Positions 10,502 to 23,451 are shown, counted from the whole stretch's first letter. The stretch: 59,002 bases of DNA, filler included, from Sphacelaria rigidula (GCA_964200075.2; 6 parts of 6 records of this genome joined end to end with filler, not necessarily neighbours in it), one strand, 5' to 3'. Notes: generated from the letters alone by a model not told the origin. Program-made: numbers and translations.

Positions 10502-13309
10502 CTGCCAATTACAAATCCACTTCTAGGCTGGCCCACCTCGTATTGTCACTGGATTTCTGCGCAGATTTGACCAAAGTCGAGCACGACGTGCTCAGGTGGT
10601 CAATAGCTGCGAGTCGAGTGGCATGTTTCTGTTCGCTGGGGGCAACGGGGTTCTCAATTCCGTGTGTTGTTTAGTTAGGTTGTGAGTCACACTTGCGCAT
10701 GTGCCCCTGTGCGACCCCTGTTGGAGCTAACCTAGTATCTGTTTACGCAAACCGATTTCAAAAACTGTCAAACGAGCCGTCAGGATCTGTTTGGACGGAT
10801 AGGTTTGTTCCTGAATCTTCTTGGGGAATGATATCGCACCTACCAATCATAGGGCGCAAGTAGCAAACAGATGCTGGTATCAAGGAACATTTTCTCTTGT
10901 CTTCATAGGGCCGCTTCTCACGACAAACAAAAGCCACCAAGCAAACTTTTTTTGTAGTCACCCTTGTTCAGATTCTTGCCTGACCACTTCTCAAGGAAGA
11001 AACAGTGTCCGAACGAGAACTCATATTTAATTTGGAGACGAAGAATCGACCATCGGAGACAACGAAACATGGACTTTAGTCTGAACTGCAAGCCCAAAGG
11101 GGAGTCGTCTCAGAGAGAATCGCCTACTCCCAACACCACCTAACTGAACCTCAGCTCTTTTGCCTAGACTGGCATACACCCCACTCCTCAGTACAGCAAC
11201 ACAAATGTAGACCTTAGTGGCTGGCACTCATCCGATGACGAAACGTTAGGGCTGCATGGCTGGCCGCGGCGAGCAACTTTAGAAGCACCATGTCCGCGGC
11301 CAGCCAAGCACTGCGCATGCTCAATTGTACGCATGCTCTGAAGACGCCGACGGCACATGTAGCAGCCTCTTGCTATCGAATGGTAATGCCGTATCATACT
11401 GCTGTATTGTTCTACAAGACACTTCTAGTATGGTACGCGGTACATGCTACTAATCCCGTCTGTTCAGACTGTCCAGACAACAGTTGTATTGTTCCTGAAT
11501 CGTACTACGTACCACCTGTACAGCACGGCACGAACTCTGCACGGGATGCATAGCAGTAAATACTACTACAGAGTTCCTGTTGTCTGCTATACAGACTGTA
11601 CAGCCAATGGTAATAGCAGTTTGTTTTTGTTTTGTATTGTACTACTCATGGTGCCGCATAGCACGTGTTCGTACTGTACGGTACGTTACATAGAGATTTA
11701 GTAGTGGTGTTCCTGTGTCATGCGAACTTGCTGCCTGTGTGGTTGAAAATGTTGTAATTTTCTGTCTAGGCCCCCATAGTCGTGGACCGTTGCATCTCCA
11801 TCAGCGTACTCTTGTCTGCATTCAACATTCATGCATACAGCGGTTGGTTGCACACGTTTTCCCCCTTCCTTGCGTGTATATCTCACGTATGTCTGCTGTA
11901 ATCAGAATGCTGCAGTATCCAACAACGCGCTGGTGACTGCCCACATACACAGTTTTCCCGGGCATTGGCTGCGACGACTGTTTTCGGTTGTTGTGATGTG
12001 ATCGCACATGCATATGACACCGTTCACACTTGAAAACTCAACTGACAGGCCTGTTGTCCGAGACGCCACAACTCTTAACATTTCGTTTTTTCTTCCGGAA
12101 ATTGCCGTAAAAAATAGTCGAAGAAGAAATGAATAATTAATTTGGGTCAGGAAAAAGTGACAAAAACGTTGTTTCTAAGGGTGACTTTTGTATGCCATAA
12201 CAACCGGCCTAAGACGGATCCTTGTGCATAAAAGCGTACGCACAAGATGGTTTCCCCGAGAGGGTCCCGGCCACGGGGGAGAGGATAGTTGGCGCTTTGG
12301 CGCACCGCCGAATATTGGGCTTGTCTTGTGTCGCCCTGGTATTTTGGGTGATCGGCGGCTCGCCATCGATATGATTCTGAGGGCCGCTTATCATACATGG
12401 AGGATGACGGCCGTTCATTCGGCGCAGGAACGACCTTGTGAGGCCATCTGACGGCTGGTCAGAATTTTCACAAACTAGAAACGGGAAGACGAAAGACCGA
12501 AGACGGATCACTGAAAGAACAAGCACCGTAAAATTGGTAGGGTGGTGCATCAGATCTACGGGTCTGAGGCTCAGCTGGGATTGAATCTGTGCAGTTTTGG
12601 ATTGAGGACGTGAGGACTACACTACATGAAGTAATTCCCGTTACAAAAAACAACGATCATCACTTCTGTTGTCTCCTTCTTCTCCGTCCTCCCTTTCCTC
12701 ATATTTCTCTCTGTGTGTACGTGTTCTTTCCTGCCGGTGTTAGATCGGAGCAGTTTGGTGCCTCGCTTCCGTAGGGTTCCTGGATGAAAGGACATATCGC
12801 CGAAATAGCGAGGTCGCGGTGGATGAACCACAATCTTTTCCCGCGGCCTTTTGTTTTCTGCGATTTGGTATGGGTGTTGTTTCTGTGCAAGACCTTTCCC
12901 ATCGAAGCCATGTAGCAGAGATCGGCCATTCCTTTTTTTTTCCCCTTTCATTTTTTTTGTCTTGGGTTTGGTCAGGGATCTACACGTTACGCGTGCCACA
13001 CCGTTACACGTTACGCTCGCGTTACGTTTTGGCCGAAACGCAACGTGAACGCTGATTTCTCTTGACATGATGAACGTAACGTGAAATCTTCTATGAAACG
13101 CTAACGTAATGTTATTTTTTTTTAAGGTGCCAAACGAAACGTATACGTGCACGTTAAATTTACCAAACGTTCAAAACACGTAATATGAAACGTTTCATAT
13201 CATGTTACACGTTGCACGAAACGTCATAAATACGTTACATAAAGCAGTGCACACCTCAAGTTTGCAATGAATTTTGGAATCCTAGAAGACAGAGTGACTA
13301 CTATACAAC

Positions 13310-13680
13310 GGCACAACTACAGGCCGTGTATTTGGCTAACAGTACGAGGTTACAAGTACAGGCTGTACTTTGCAAACACAGTGCAAGTGCAGGCTGTACT
13401 TGTAACCTTACACTACTGTATTTCCGACCACAGACTGTATTCTGCAAGCAAAGTAGTGTAAGGTCGCAAGTACAGCCTGTACTCTGCAAGCACAGTAGTG
13501 CCAGGTTACAGGTGCAGGCTGTACTCGCGAACACAGTATTGCAGTGCAAGGTTACAAGTACAGGCTGTACTTGCGAACATAGTACGAGGTGGTTGCTGTA
13601 CTTTGCAGATACAAGAGGCAGTAGTAGCACAAGGATATAAACACCCTGTACTTTGTACACATAGTATGATAGCACGAGGT
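13310..13680. repeat. ~37-bp minisatellite (~9 units)
   Basis: Unit resembles tacaagtacaggctgtactttgcaaacacagtagtgcaaggt. Confidence 0.85.
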
Positions 13681-14051
13681 GGTCGATCAGTTGTTCGCGA
13701 CAACGGGAGGCAGACTCGCATTTGTCAGCGGTGGTGCCGGCAACGTCTTAAGTTTTACACCGTCTTGACTGTAAGGTTCAAGGTTGCAGATTCACGTGCA
13801 TGGCAGTGCATGCAGATGTTGAGGATATGGCTGCTGCCTGCACTACGGTACACGTGCAGGCACTGCTTTTTTTGCAAACACCCGGAACCGTCTCAGCTCG
13901 GTAAAAAGTGGGCTCCTGATTCAAAATGAAAACGACGCAAGATCGGCCATAATAAAAGGTGTGGGTTTATTGTTATTTTCCCCCACATGGAGGGATGTAA
14001 TTCTCCCGCTAGATAAATGCAGTGATTACCTGGACCGCGGTGTAAACCCGT

Positions 14052-14134
14052 CATACATACATACATACATACATACCTACATACATACCTACATACATAC
14101 CTAAATACATACATACATACATACATACATACAT
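14052..14134. repeat. (CATA)n microsatellite
   Basis: Directly visible. Confidence 0.95.
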
Positions 14135-14799
14135 GCACACATAAATATGCCTTCCTTTGGCGGCCGCGATGAACTATCTTATTTGTCCGTGTATGCATGT
14201 ATGCATATATAGAACCAAGGGTACTCGATATAGTTTTGTCTGCGAAATGCCGGGATGACTCAAGCCGGCGTTCAATCATGTTTACGATCTGTTGTGTGTA
14301 CAGTATGTGCTGTCGTACGAATGGTCAAGCATTTGAACATTGAAAATAAAAATATAAAAATAATAGAGGAGATATGAAAATATTACGTTCAGAAACGAAT
14401 GAACGATACACTGTAAAGAAAGTAACGTTACACAATCAGATAAGGCGCCTACGCTGAAACATACGACGGGCCACCGTCAGCGTCACGTACAAGGCAACGT
14501 CACGCGCTACACGACACGTTACAGCGCCTTGAACACTGGTAAATGAGCCGCGACACGCACAGAATGAAACGTTACATTCGAACGTTACACGTGTCAATGA
14601 AACGTTTTATTAGACGTTACACGTTCCATGAAACGTTTCATACAGTATTACGTTACATGGAACGAAATGTAGCGTTTTTTTTCACGTGATGAACGCAACG
14701 TTGAATTTTGAAATGAAACGTTAACGTAACTTTTATTTGTTTTAACCTAATGAACGAAACGTAACGTGGACGTGAACGTCTAGCGTGTAGACACCTGGT

Positions 14800-14995
14800 T
14801 TTTTGTTCCCCTGTATTTTATTAGTCTACTCTGCCCATTTTACTTTTTTCTGTATTTTTTCTTCATTGTCCTTCAGCGAGTTGTTCGGTTTTGTTTTGTC
14901 TCGGGTGCGTCTATCATGTGACCGCGGCTGGATCGCTGGGGATCAGTTAAAGTGCGTCAACCAATCACTCAATCAATCAATCCATCAATCAATAA
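14800..14995 (+). mobile_element. 3' end of a retroposon (RTE-type LINE/SINE tail) ending in (CAAT)n
   Basis: tgaccgcggctggatc...gatcagtt...caatcaatc. Related copies at ~18170-18280, ~18320-18515 and ~7660-7710. Confidence 0.55.
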
Positions 14996-15355
14996 AATTA
15001 TGAGTAATATCCATTCACATCATCGCTGGAGCACGTGTTGAATTTGCCGCGTCTGACGTCCTCCGTGTTGAGTCAACGTTTTGGGAGGTCAGTGTAAGGA
15101 GTCAGAAATGAAGATCAATTTAACGAGAAATGGCGCGGTATCCACAATTTTGTTTCACTCTCTGGGGGTTTTGTTTCACTCTCTGGGGGAGACCTCTGGG
15201 GGAGACCTCCTGTGGCCCTTCCGGGGCGCTCGTTGCTGCCGAGGACGGCCGCCGAACGATCCCCGGGCCGATCGGCGCCTACGTTCTAACCTGGGTTCGA
15301 CCAGACGAGTAGAACTTTCTAGGATAATGAGGTTGAACAACCGCCACGGGGGTTC

Positions 15356-15410
15356 TACTGTACTGTACTGTACTGTACTGTACTGTACTGTACTGTACTG
15401 TGCTGTGCTG
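15356..15410. repeat. (TACTG)n microsatellite
   Basis: Directly visible. Confidence 0.95.
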
Positions 15411-15761
15411 TGCGTTGTATTTCGTCACCTACAGTACGCTTCTTACGGAGGCGCGATGTGAGAAAGCATACATTTATGAGCTCACCATACACGCACTTCA
15501 TGGCATCGCTTGCATGCGCCTCTCAGGGGCAGTTGCGATTATTGCGCCGTCAAACTCGAAGTGGAACTACGGAAAAACCAACGTACAGGCATGTGACATC
15601 CACCTCCGGGGCCAACTATTCAACGTCCCATTCATCGGCCTACCCCATCGTCGAGGAGACTGATTGCCATTCTTTTGGGTCTTCGATTGTAGTTACATTT
15701 ATGACTTGTAACATAATGTGAGCGCCGAGGTTTATATCTTACGCTTTTTCTCGCCGCACAG

Positions 15762-16100
15762 GTTCCGCCACCCGCACCTAATCGACCGCCACCTCCGCCC
15801 CAAGGCCAACCTCTAGGGTCAAACGCTCTCAGGAACAAGAACAAGAGGCCCTGGAGTGTGCTCTTGCCAAATCTCGATGGTATTCCGGAGACCGCGCCCC
15901 GGCCCGAATTTTCCAATGGAATTTCTGCAGAATATCGTTTGACCAATGAGGTTGCCCCGCAGTCGTGCTTGGCTGGTGGGAATGTTGAGCAATCAGGCTC
16001 GGCCAACGGCAATGATCAAACAGAGAGGAACGAGGGCAGTGCAAATTCGGCAGTTGGTAGTTCTCCTCGGGCTCCTTTTTCCGCCGCTCCGGTGTTTCAG
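15762..16100 (+). CDS. Internal exon, uncharacterised Pro/Ser-rich protein
   Basis: gcacag|GTT...TTTCAG|gtgagg, 339 nt open (VPPPAPNRPPPPPQGQ...AAPVFQ). Confidence 0.65.
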
Positions 16101-16636
16101 GTGAGGTAGAATGTCAAGAGCAAACGGAGTTCGCTGGAGAGTCCATGCAATATCTTAAGCTTCGTACCGCTGCAGAATAGCCGGTGCCGTTGGATTTTTT
16201 GTTTTGTAAAATGTCTATCGTTTTCGGTGTGTGTGTGTGTGTTTTTTTTCAAATAATGATGAATGTCTATGATTGCTCCCGCAGGGGGACCTACGAATAT
16301 GTTGTGTGAAGCTCGCACAGCAGGTGGACCAATATCAAGAATGGGTGTGTCCCGCAAAAAAGACAATTTCTGTAGGTTACCGTAATTCATTCAGAGACTA
16401 CTTCTACACCAAACCATAACGCTCATAGGTGAAGTGTACCTGCAAGAGACATTCTCCATAGAGGTCTACTACCATTTAGGGGTGCTTTACGTACGTGCAC
16501 TTACTATATGCGCATCTAAACGTTGTCGTGATTTATTTCTGTGTCCTTTTTCCGCCATCATGGGGGTCTTTGAATAATGACGAGCTTACCCCGAAGATCG
16601 GAGGGGACTGCATACGGGTCAACAATATTGTGTTTG

Positions 16637-16698
16637 TGTGTGCTGTGTGCTGTGTGCTGTGTGCTGTGTGCTGTGTTTGTGTGTTGTGTTGTTGTTGC

Positions 16699-16761
<63 letters not shown>
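16637..16761. repeat. Compound (GTGTGCT)n/(GTT)n microsatellite
   Basis: Directly visible; source of the poly-C/V/L ORFs. Confidence 0.95.
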
Positions 16762-17921
16762 CGTCGCTGCTTCCTCTCTTCTCCAATCTGTGGCTGTTGC
16801 TTCGGTATTTTTCTGTTCCTTTTCTTCTTGTCTTGTTCTATTCTTTATTGTTGTTGCTCCTGACCACGGGCTGGGTTGTTGATTTTGATTGACTGATTTT
16901 TGATTGATTACCGCAACCAGCTAATGTGAGACTGTCAATTAATCAATGAACTAGCACTTTCAAGCATCGCAAACGTTGAAGACGCTGCTTTTGTCGAGCT
17001 CGACTTTCTGTTTCCCCAAGTGTCCAGGGTCTCGCGGGTGCCGGGCATCAAGGTTTCGATTTAAAAAGGCCCGGAAAATCCTATCAACGATTACCATGAA
17101 CCTTGAGCGCCGTATCCATGGATCAAGTAAGGCATGGGAGAAATGTCTCCCGCTTCAGGGTAGTATCCGAAGGGGCCGTAAAATCAACATGTGACACTAG
17201 GGGGGGCTCCGGGAGTTACCCATCGTCGTGGCTTTTGACCCTCGAATAAGACCCCCGGTGTTGGCCTCCCCACAGAGAGTACACCCATGTATATATATAT
17301 ATATATATATATATATTTGCTTTTCTTCACTCGCTGATTTGCTTGGGGGAATGTTATTCTTGGCTATTCTCTCATTATCACAATCTACAGCATCCAGCAG
17401 TGCGATACGACGCGAGCATGGCACACCGCGGCGGGGGCCGGGGTTTTGTGGCATCTTCGGAGATTTCGCCTGGCACCTTGCTTCTGGTGGAACGGCGATT
17501 CTTCCCAATGCCCACGCCGATGGATTGTGGACTGGCAGGGGGAATAGGGCAGGTGTGTTTATTGACGGATTGCTTCTCTTCGAGCTTCGAGCTCTTCGCG
17601 ATCAAGTCCATGTGTACGGCAATGGCGGGCCGAAAAAGGAAGTCGACACTTGCTCTGACCTGACGGTCTTGCACTTTACGTTTGCTTTTTGAAGTCGATT
17701 CATAACCGGCGTTGTCCTTAAATTGATTTCGGAGTTTTTATGAAAGGCGGCGTCGTCGATGCCATCTTTCTGTATCGATCCGCGAAATTTCGGAATCGAC
17801 GAGTCGCGTTCTGTTTTTGTCGAGTCAAATGTGACGTTTTCTTGGATGGCTCTCTGGGATGCCGTCGATGTTATCGACGAGACTAGGTGATTGACGAATT
17901 CGTGTCCCAAAACTTGGGCAG

Positions 17922-18055
17922 GAGGAACTTTGCCTCAAGTGGATACTCGCTCTGCCGCTACCGAGACTGAAGAAGGTGCTGAGTGAGCTACGCTGGCTGC
18001 ACCCGCAATCGCTGCAAGACCTCCCCGACGATGAGAGTCAGGATTTGTTCCGCAG
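17922..18055 (+). CDS. Internal exon, same uncharacterised gene
   Basis: ggcag|GAG GAA CTT...CGC AG|gtgatt, phase 0 with the previous exon. Encodes EELCLKWILALPLPRLKKVLSELRWLHPQSLQDLPDDESQDLFR. Confidence 0.65.
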
Positions 18056-18629
18056 GTGATTTCACGCGAACTGCGCGTGTCATCGGTGGTCGTACTGCTT
18101 CATCTTCGTATTGTCGGACTTTTTCAGGTTTATCCTCGGTGCTTTTCCCGCAGTAAAACAACACGGTTCACCGCGGGATGCAGGCATGATTCGTGGAGAT
18201 CCTTCGGAGATCAGTTGAAGTGTGGTAATCAATCAATCAACCAATTCATTAATCAATTACTCACTCAATCAATCAACCGGACCATTTGACCAAATACATC
18301 ATTTTTCGACTGTCATATTTTTCTCCTTCTTTTCTTAGTCTACTCTGTTGTTCTGATTTCTGTTTTTGATTTTTGGTTTTCCCTTGAGCGAGTGTTTCAG
18401 TCTTGTTTCATGTCGAGTACGTGTATCATGCGACCACGGCTGCATCTCTCGAGGGTCACTTAGATTGTGACAATCGATCAATCAGATAAATCAGATCAAT
18501 TGAAATCAATCAATCAGCCACCCACAACTCGCCACACCACGCAAAGTCGTATTTTCCACATAACTTTCAGAGCGTACCGCAGATGAAAATTTTTCGCGCG
18601 GTACTTCCCCGTGGTTCCATCGAAACAGT

Positions 18630-19090
18630 ACTAAATAACAGCCGATCATCAAAATTGAGGGTGGAGCTTTTCATCGAGGATGGGAACCCGGAGGATTGAA
18701 ATTTTCGTATCCACACCAAATATTCGAACTATGATCGAATCCCTTCACCTACAGATAGCTATTGGCAACTGCTACACGCCCTACAATTTTGGATTTCGAT
18801 CACCGGAATGTTGGGGTCCTATATCGAGACACAGTTTTGGGGAATCAGGTGATCCGATTAGATCGCCGAACTTCCCCGAACTTGGTTTTTCACCTAGGGT
18901 CCCAACATTTCGGTCATCGAAATCCAAATTCGAATGACGTGTACTACTTGTCAGTAGCTACCTGTAATTGCAGGAATGGAATAACACTTCGAAGATTTGT
19001 TGTGCATACGAAGGTTTGAATCCTCCGGGTTCTCATCCTCAATAAAAAGCTCCATCCTCAATTTCGATGATCGGCTGCTGAATATTGCGC
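18630..19090. mobile_element. Foldback MITE, ~190-bp inverted arms
   Basis: ~18630-18822 is the reverse complement (diverged) of ~18895-19090. Confidence 0.8.
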
Positions 19091-19334
19091 GAGACCGGTC
19101 CCGAATTGCAGCGAGAATTTTGTATTGGATTTGCTTGATTAAGGCGCATGAGCTCTGACCCCGCCGGGACTCAGCGGTGGTCAGATGATACACGTGCCCG
19201 AGATGAAACAAAAACAGAAACACTCGCTGACGGAACGTGAAGAAAACAGGAAGGTGGAACAGACACGATGAGTAGACTGAAAAACAACAAAGGGCAAACA
19301 AGCAAGCAAACAAAACAAAAAGATCCCCTCCCTC

Positions 19335-19410
19335 CACTAGGAGATAGATGGTGGCTACAGACGGCGAAACAGGACGGGGATAAGATACGCCAAAGAGTTT
19401 TGTGTATTTG
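19335..19410 (+). mobile_element. Fragment of APE-RT LINE 3' region
   Basis: gatggtggctacagacggcgaaacaggacggggataaga matches 47645-47710 and 58965-59002. Confidence 0.75.
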
Positions 19411-19603
19411 TTTTTCTTTTCGCACTCTGAACCCATATCTCCACCGGTACGCGCCTTACATTTTGGTCTCTCGGATTGGGTCAGCATCCCCGCACCGCGT
19501 CAACTCACGTCACACAAACCCCAGTCGACTACGTTTGTTTACTCACGTTCTCACGCTTTCCATGGTGGAAATCATACATTACGAAGGAAAAACCCAACGC
19601 ATC

Positions 19604-19703
19604 NNNNNNNNNNNNNNNNNNNNNNNNNNNNNNNNNNNNNNNNNNNNTTAATTAATTAANNNNNNNNNNNNNNNNNNNNNNNNNNNNNNNNNNNNNNNNN
19701 NNN
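19604..19703. other. Artificial contig linker
   Basis: N44-TTAATTAATTAA-N44. Confidence 0.98.
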
Positions 19704-20084
19704 CTACAACGAGTTGCTTTATTTTCTGGTATCGCCACTTCCAGAGACAGCCATGGCTTATACACTGCCTCATGGGTGTTGCCTGTAGTATGGGGCGGGT
19801 TCAATGTCAATTACCCACGTCCCCCCTCTCCCCCCCCCCCTCCCTTTCCATCCTCATCTCCTCCTCGAGGTTGACCCTTCGGAGGTCAAAAGTCGTGTGC
19901 CGAAGCAGAATATCCCGCAGTCCTTGGGAACTCCAGCAGTAATTTACTTACGTCTTCTGCAGTAGCAGTATCAATCCGCCTCGTTCCGTGCTACCCATCG
20001 CCGCGCTGCACTTGCATAGGCAGCACGTAATCAACCGCAGAGGCGGGCTACATGAGACAACCGCCCCCCCACCTCCCCTCGACA

Positions 20085-20265
20085 AAGGAAGGGGATACGA
20101 TATGTAAAAGGCTTTATTACAATGCATGGAAGAAACGTAATGAGCGCCGAAATGTTGGAGGTGTCTATTACGAGGAGTAGGAACGGTGCCCCGTCTCGGA
20201 AGGGATGCGTGGTCGTTAGTCAAATGACTAAGGCAAGCATCAAATGAGTACGCCCGCCCGCCCCC
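20085..20265 (+). mobile_element. 5'-truncated 3' end of APE-RT LINE
   Basis: Matches 47680-47830/47900-47930 (ggaagaaacgtaatgagcgcc...gactaaggcaagc...atgagtacg), followed by a C-rich tail. Confidence 0.8.
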
Positions 20266-20345
20266 TAAAGGAGCAGAAAATCAATAGAACTGCGAGCCTA
20301 CACCAGCAGTAACCAACACGACGTCCCTCTCCGCATGGGTAATAG

Positions 20346-20753
20346 TGTGAAAAGGTAGTTTCTTGACGGACACTTGTGGGAATTTGTACTTTTCTATGTG
20401 TTGGTACCCATATCACACGCTCCCATTTCATACAGCTCTTGAAGTTTTGTAGGAGTAATCTTGTACGACGGCCAGCGATTGGAAGCTTGCCGTTTGCTTC
20501 ACATAACTTTTACGTATGTTGGCTCATCCAACCCACAATCACCGCAGGAGAGTGTTCCGTAAGTTTTGAACTATGCTTTATAGGGTATACACCATACTTT
20601 TTGTTCCCAACATCGTGGTGGGATCCGGGGTTCGAACCCGGGACCTTATGTTCATGAAGCATACGAGCTACCTCGTGGTGTCGCCAGTGTGAAAAGGTAA
20701 TTCCTTAATGGACACTAGTGGAAATTTGTCCCTTCTATGTGGTGGTTCCCACA
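20346..20753 (-). mobile_element. TRIM (miniature LTR retroelement) with internal tRNA-like segment
   Basis: Two ~70-bp direct repeats (20346-20417 TGTGA..TCACA; 20688-~20753). PBS-like TGGCGACACCACG lies 1 nt after the 5' LTR and purine tract AAATGGGAGCG precedes the 3' LTR. Confidence 0.7.
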
Positions 20754-20951
20754 AAAGAGCACACTGTACTTTACTCGGGTTACGCCCACAGGATACCCTT
20801 TTTTACGTAAAGAATAGCCTTCCAAGCAAGTCCGCACACTAGATCGTGGGACCCGCTCCTGCTCCTGGATTGTTTTCTCTCTGTACAATTAATTCTACCT
20901 CCACGGCGCACGTGTCGCCGTTGACGATCGTGGGACGCTGGCTTTCTTCAG

Positions 20952-21071
20952 GTGCGGTATCCCTTCATCACGGTCCCTGCCGAGCAGTTTCGGCTGACGT
21001 CCGACGACTCCAATGGCTCTCTGTACCTGCTCAAGTGCCGCCCACCAATGGGAGCGGACGCCACCCCCAAG
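20952..21071 (+). CDS. Exon of GFA/CENP-V-like zinc-binding protein
   Basis: ttcttcag|VRYPFITVPAEQFRLTSDDSNGSLYLLKCRPPMGADATPK|gtgatt. Resembles the CENP-V HFIVPxxxFxL..G...Y segment; phase 0 to the next exon. Confidence 0.7.
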
Positions 21072-21417
21072 GTGATTCTTCGGTTCATTTGGACTTGACC
21101 ACAAATGTTTTTTGGGAAGGGGTTTTACGGGTCGCGGGTGGGCCGTACATACCATGATCGTGTTCACGTGTCTCCTCTAACCCCCTACCCGGCTTTGAAC
21201 GAACATTCTTGAAAGGTTTTGCCCGATGGCGACATGTGGTTTCATGTCCGTGTCAGTTGCGTCTTTTAGTTCCCGGGGTCATCCAAAATTGATGTCATGT
21301 ATTTGATCAGATAAGTTGCCGTGAAGAGTGAAATCCCCAAGCTCTGTCAGCGAAAATAGTAAAAAGTTGTGGCGTTTTATTGACATGGGTCACCCCTTGA
21401 TCGATTGACTCTCAAAA

Positions 21418-22200
21418 GCTGATCTGCTCACAGTGTGAATCTAGCGCCACTCGATGTGTAAGCAAGGTAATTTCGTGAGCTCTCCTATCCTTTCTGAGTA
21501 GCTATCGTTCCTACGGCATGCGAAGATCGATGTCGCGCCTTCGGACGACAAGCGACAGGAGAAACGTCGAACTTGTCGAAGATCCTAAATGAAGGACGAT
21601 CCTGTTCTGGTCATCTTTATTCTGATCTCAGCTCACAGTGCGAATCTCGCCACTGGATGCATCTCCGTGCAGGCAACATGATTCCATGAGCTCTCCCATG
21701 TCTTTTGGGTAGCTATTATCTCGTATGGCATGCTAAAATCGAGGTCGCACTGTCATACGACAGGCGACAGGAGAAATAACGGACCTGCTGCAGATCCTTG
21801 AATGAACACGATGCAGTTACGGTCACCTTTATGCCGATTTAAACTCAAAGTGCGAATCTCGCCACCGAATGAATCTCTGTGTAGGCACCATGATTTCGTG
21901 AGCTCTGCTATGTCTTTTGAGCAGCTATCTTCTCCTGCGCGATGCAAAAATCGATGTCGCGCTTTCAGACAACAGGCGACAGGAAAACTCACGACCTGTT
22001 GCAGATCCTTACGATCCTGTTACTGTCATTTTTATACCGATGGGTAGCGCTCCGATCGATCGATTCCTACAAGCTGATCTCAGCCCACAGTGCGAATCGC
22101 CACACCTGACATGAGCAGCTGTGGGCAAGACGATTTGTGCTGTTTCTCATGTCTTTTGAGCAGCTATCGTCTCCTGCCGGACGCAAAAAATAGATTTTGT
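21418..22200. repeat. Intronic tandem repeat, ~210-bp unit, ~3.6 copies
   Basis: cacagtg(c/t)gaatc...gagctctc...agctat...tcgatgtcgc...gcgacagga...gatcct recurs at ~21430, 21635, 21850 and 22085. Confidence 0.85.
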
Positions 22201-22673
22201 GTTCTTAGCCGGAATCTACCCTAGATTCTGAATTACAGACGAACCGGTTAGGGGTGTGCATGCCCTTATTTCACCAAGAACATTGTACTGCAACCTTCCT
22301 CGAAGAAACTAGCGTGCATCATGCATGCTCACCAGAGTAGCACAGCACACAGTCTACAAGTACCCACGTGCACACCAGCATTTCACTCAGCAAACGCAGT
22401 ACGATTATATTCGCATAACCGTCATGCTTCATGCCAAAATATTAGCACAAACATGACGAATCACACCACAAGCTGCAATCATCCTCGAAGCGACTGAAGA
22501 ATACTGACGCTCCCTGCGGTGAACCGCTCCTTGCCCCTTCACAACATCTATTTCATGTTGCCAGCTCCTCAGTTGTAGTTGTACTTGAGACAAGAGTATG
22601 ACGTAATGATATGTGTGCCTTCCCCGCCCCTTCCCTTTCCCCCACCGCGTCGGGGTTTACGTACTCACGGCAG

Positions 22674-22868
22674 GTATCAGCGCATTTCTTCTGTCGACGA
22701 TGTGGGGTGCACATCGTCCATGCGCCGGACTTCCCTCACGCGGCGGTGGCCGATGTAAATGTACATTGTATCCATCCGGACACCATCAAGAGCCTCGCCG
22801 TGGGTTTCATGCGGGGGGGCGGGGCCGAGGTACCCGGCATGGGGGATCCTGTTCAGGGGGTGTACGAG
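22674..22868 (+). CDS. Exon of GFA/CENP-V-like protein (CxxC core)
   Basis: ggcag|VSAHFFCRRCGVHIVHAPDFPHAAVADVNVHCIHP...VYE|gtgcga; carries the HxFCxxCG and VNxxC motifs of the GFA/CENP-V family. Confidence 0.8.
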
Positions 22869-23451
22869 GTGCGAGAGCTTTGTCCCGCCTGTTTTAGGCT
22901 TCGAGTGTGGTGTGCAGTCTGTAGTGCGAGGCAGTCTTGGGCTTGCCGTAACCTGGAGTATGTGCGTGAGGGAAAGGAAGCCCCCTCGTAGGCTTCAATA
23001 CATGCGCTGTTTGTTTGTGTGGGCTTTTTCTTTGCATGCCGCATGTCAGGATCCTTCGTGTGGTGGTCGGAAAGGCAGGCTGCGTTTGTGTTTGTCGTGC
23101 TTTTGTGGAGGGGTTATGTGTTTTATGGCGTTGCGAATGCTGCCGCACGGCGAGATATTGGAGAATGGTGTTTGTTCTCACAGTCCGTGAGCAGAAACCT
23201 TCGGTGGTCGAACGCTCGCTTGCATGGTTGCCGACTGAATTTCAGACATGTCAACAAGACGTTCGCTTGCCTCCAACTGCGGCTTCCCGCACACCATGCT
23301 CCAACTACAGCTACCACGAAAATTTCCCAAGTGATGCGTGACGCGCCGCTATGTCTCTGTACCTTCCGCCTGTTATGTCTATCCCGCCGAAATGGGGAAA
23401 CACAACTGGAACCCCCCCCCCCCCCCCCCCCGGTAAAACAAACGAAAATAG

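Larger units (their letters stand above)
12973..14797. mobile_element. hAT-like non-autonomous element with ACGTTAC-rich subtermini
   Basis: TIR cagggatctacacgtta / tagcgtgtagacacctg. Dense acgtta/taacgt motifs at both ends; carries a minisatellite and a microsatellite. Confidence 0.6.

Noticed and set aside
11030..11085. DNETWTLV resembling the start of a Copia RT
   Set aside because: Immediately followed by a stop with no further Copia motifs.
16495..16892. Poly-Cys/Val/Leu ORFs
   Set aside because: Translations of the (GTT)n microsatellite.
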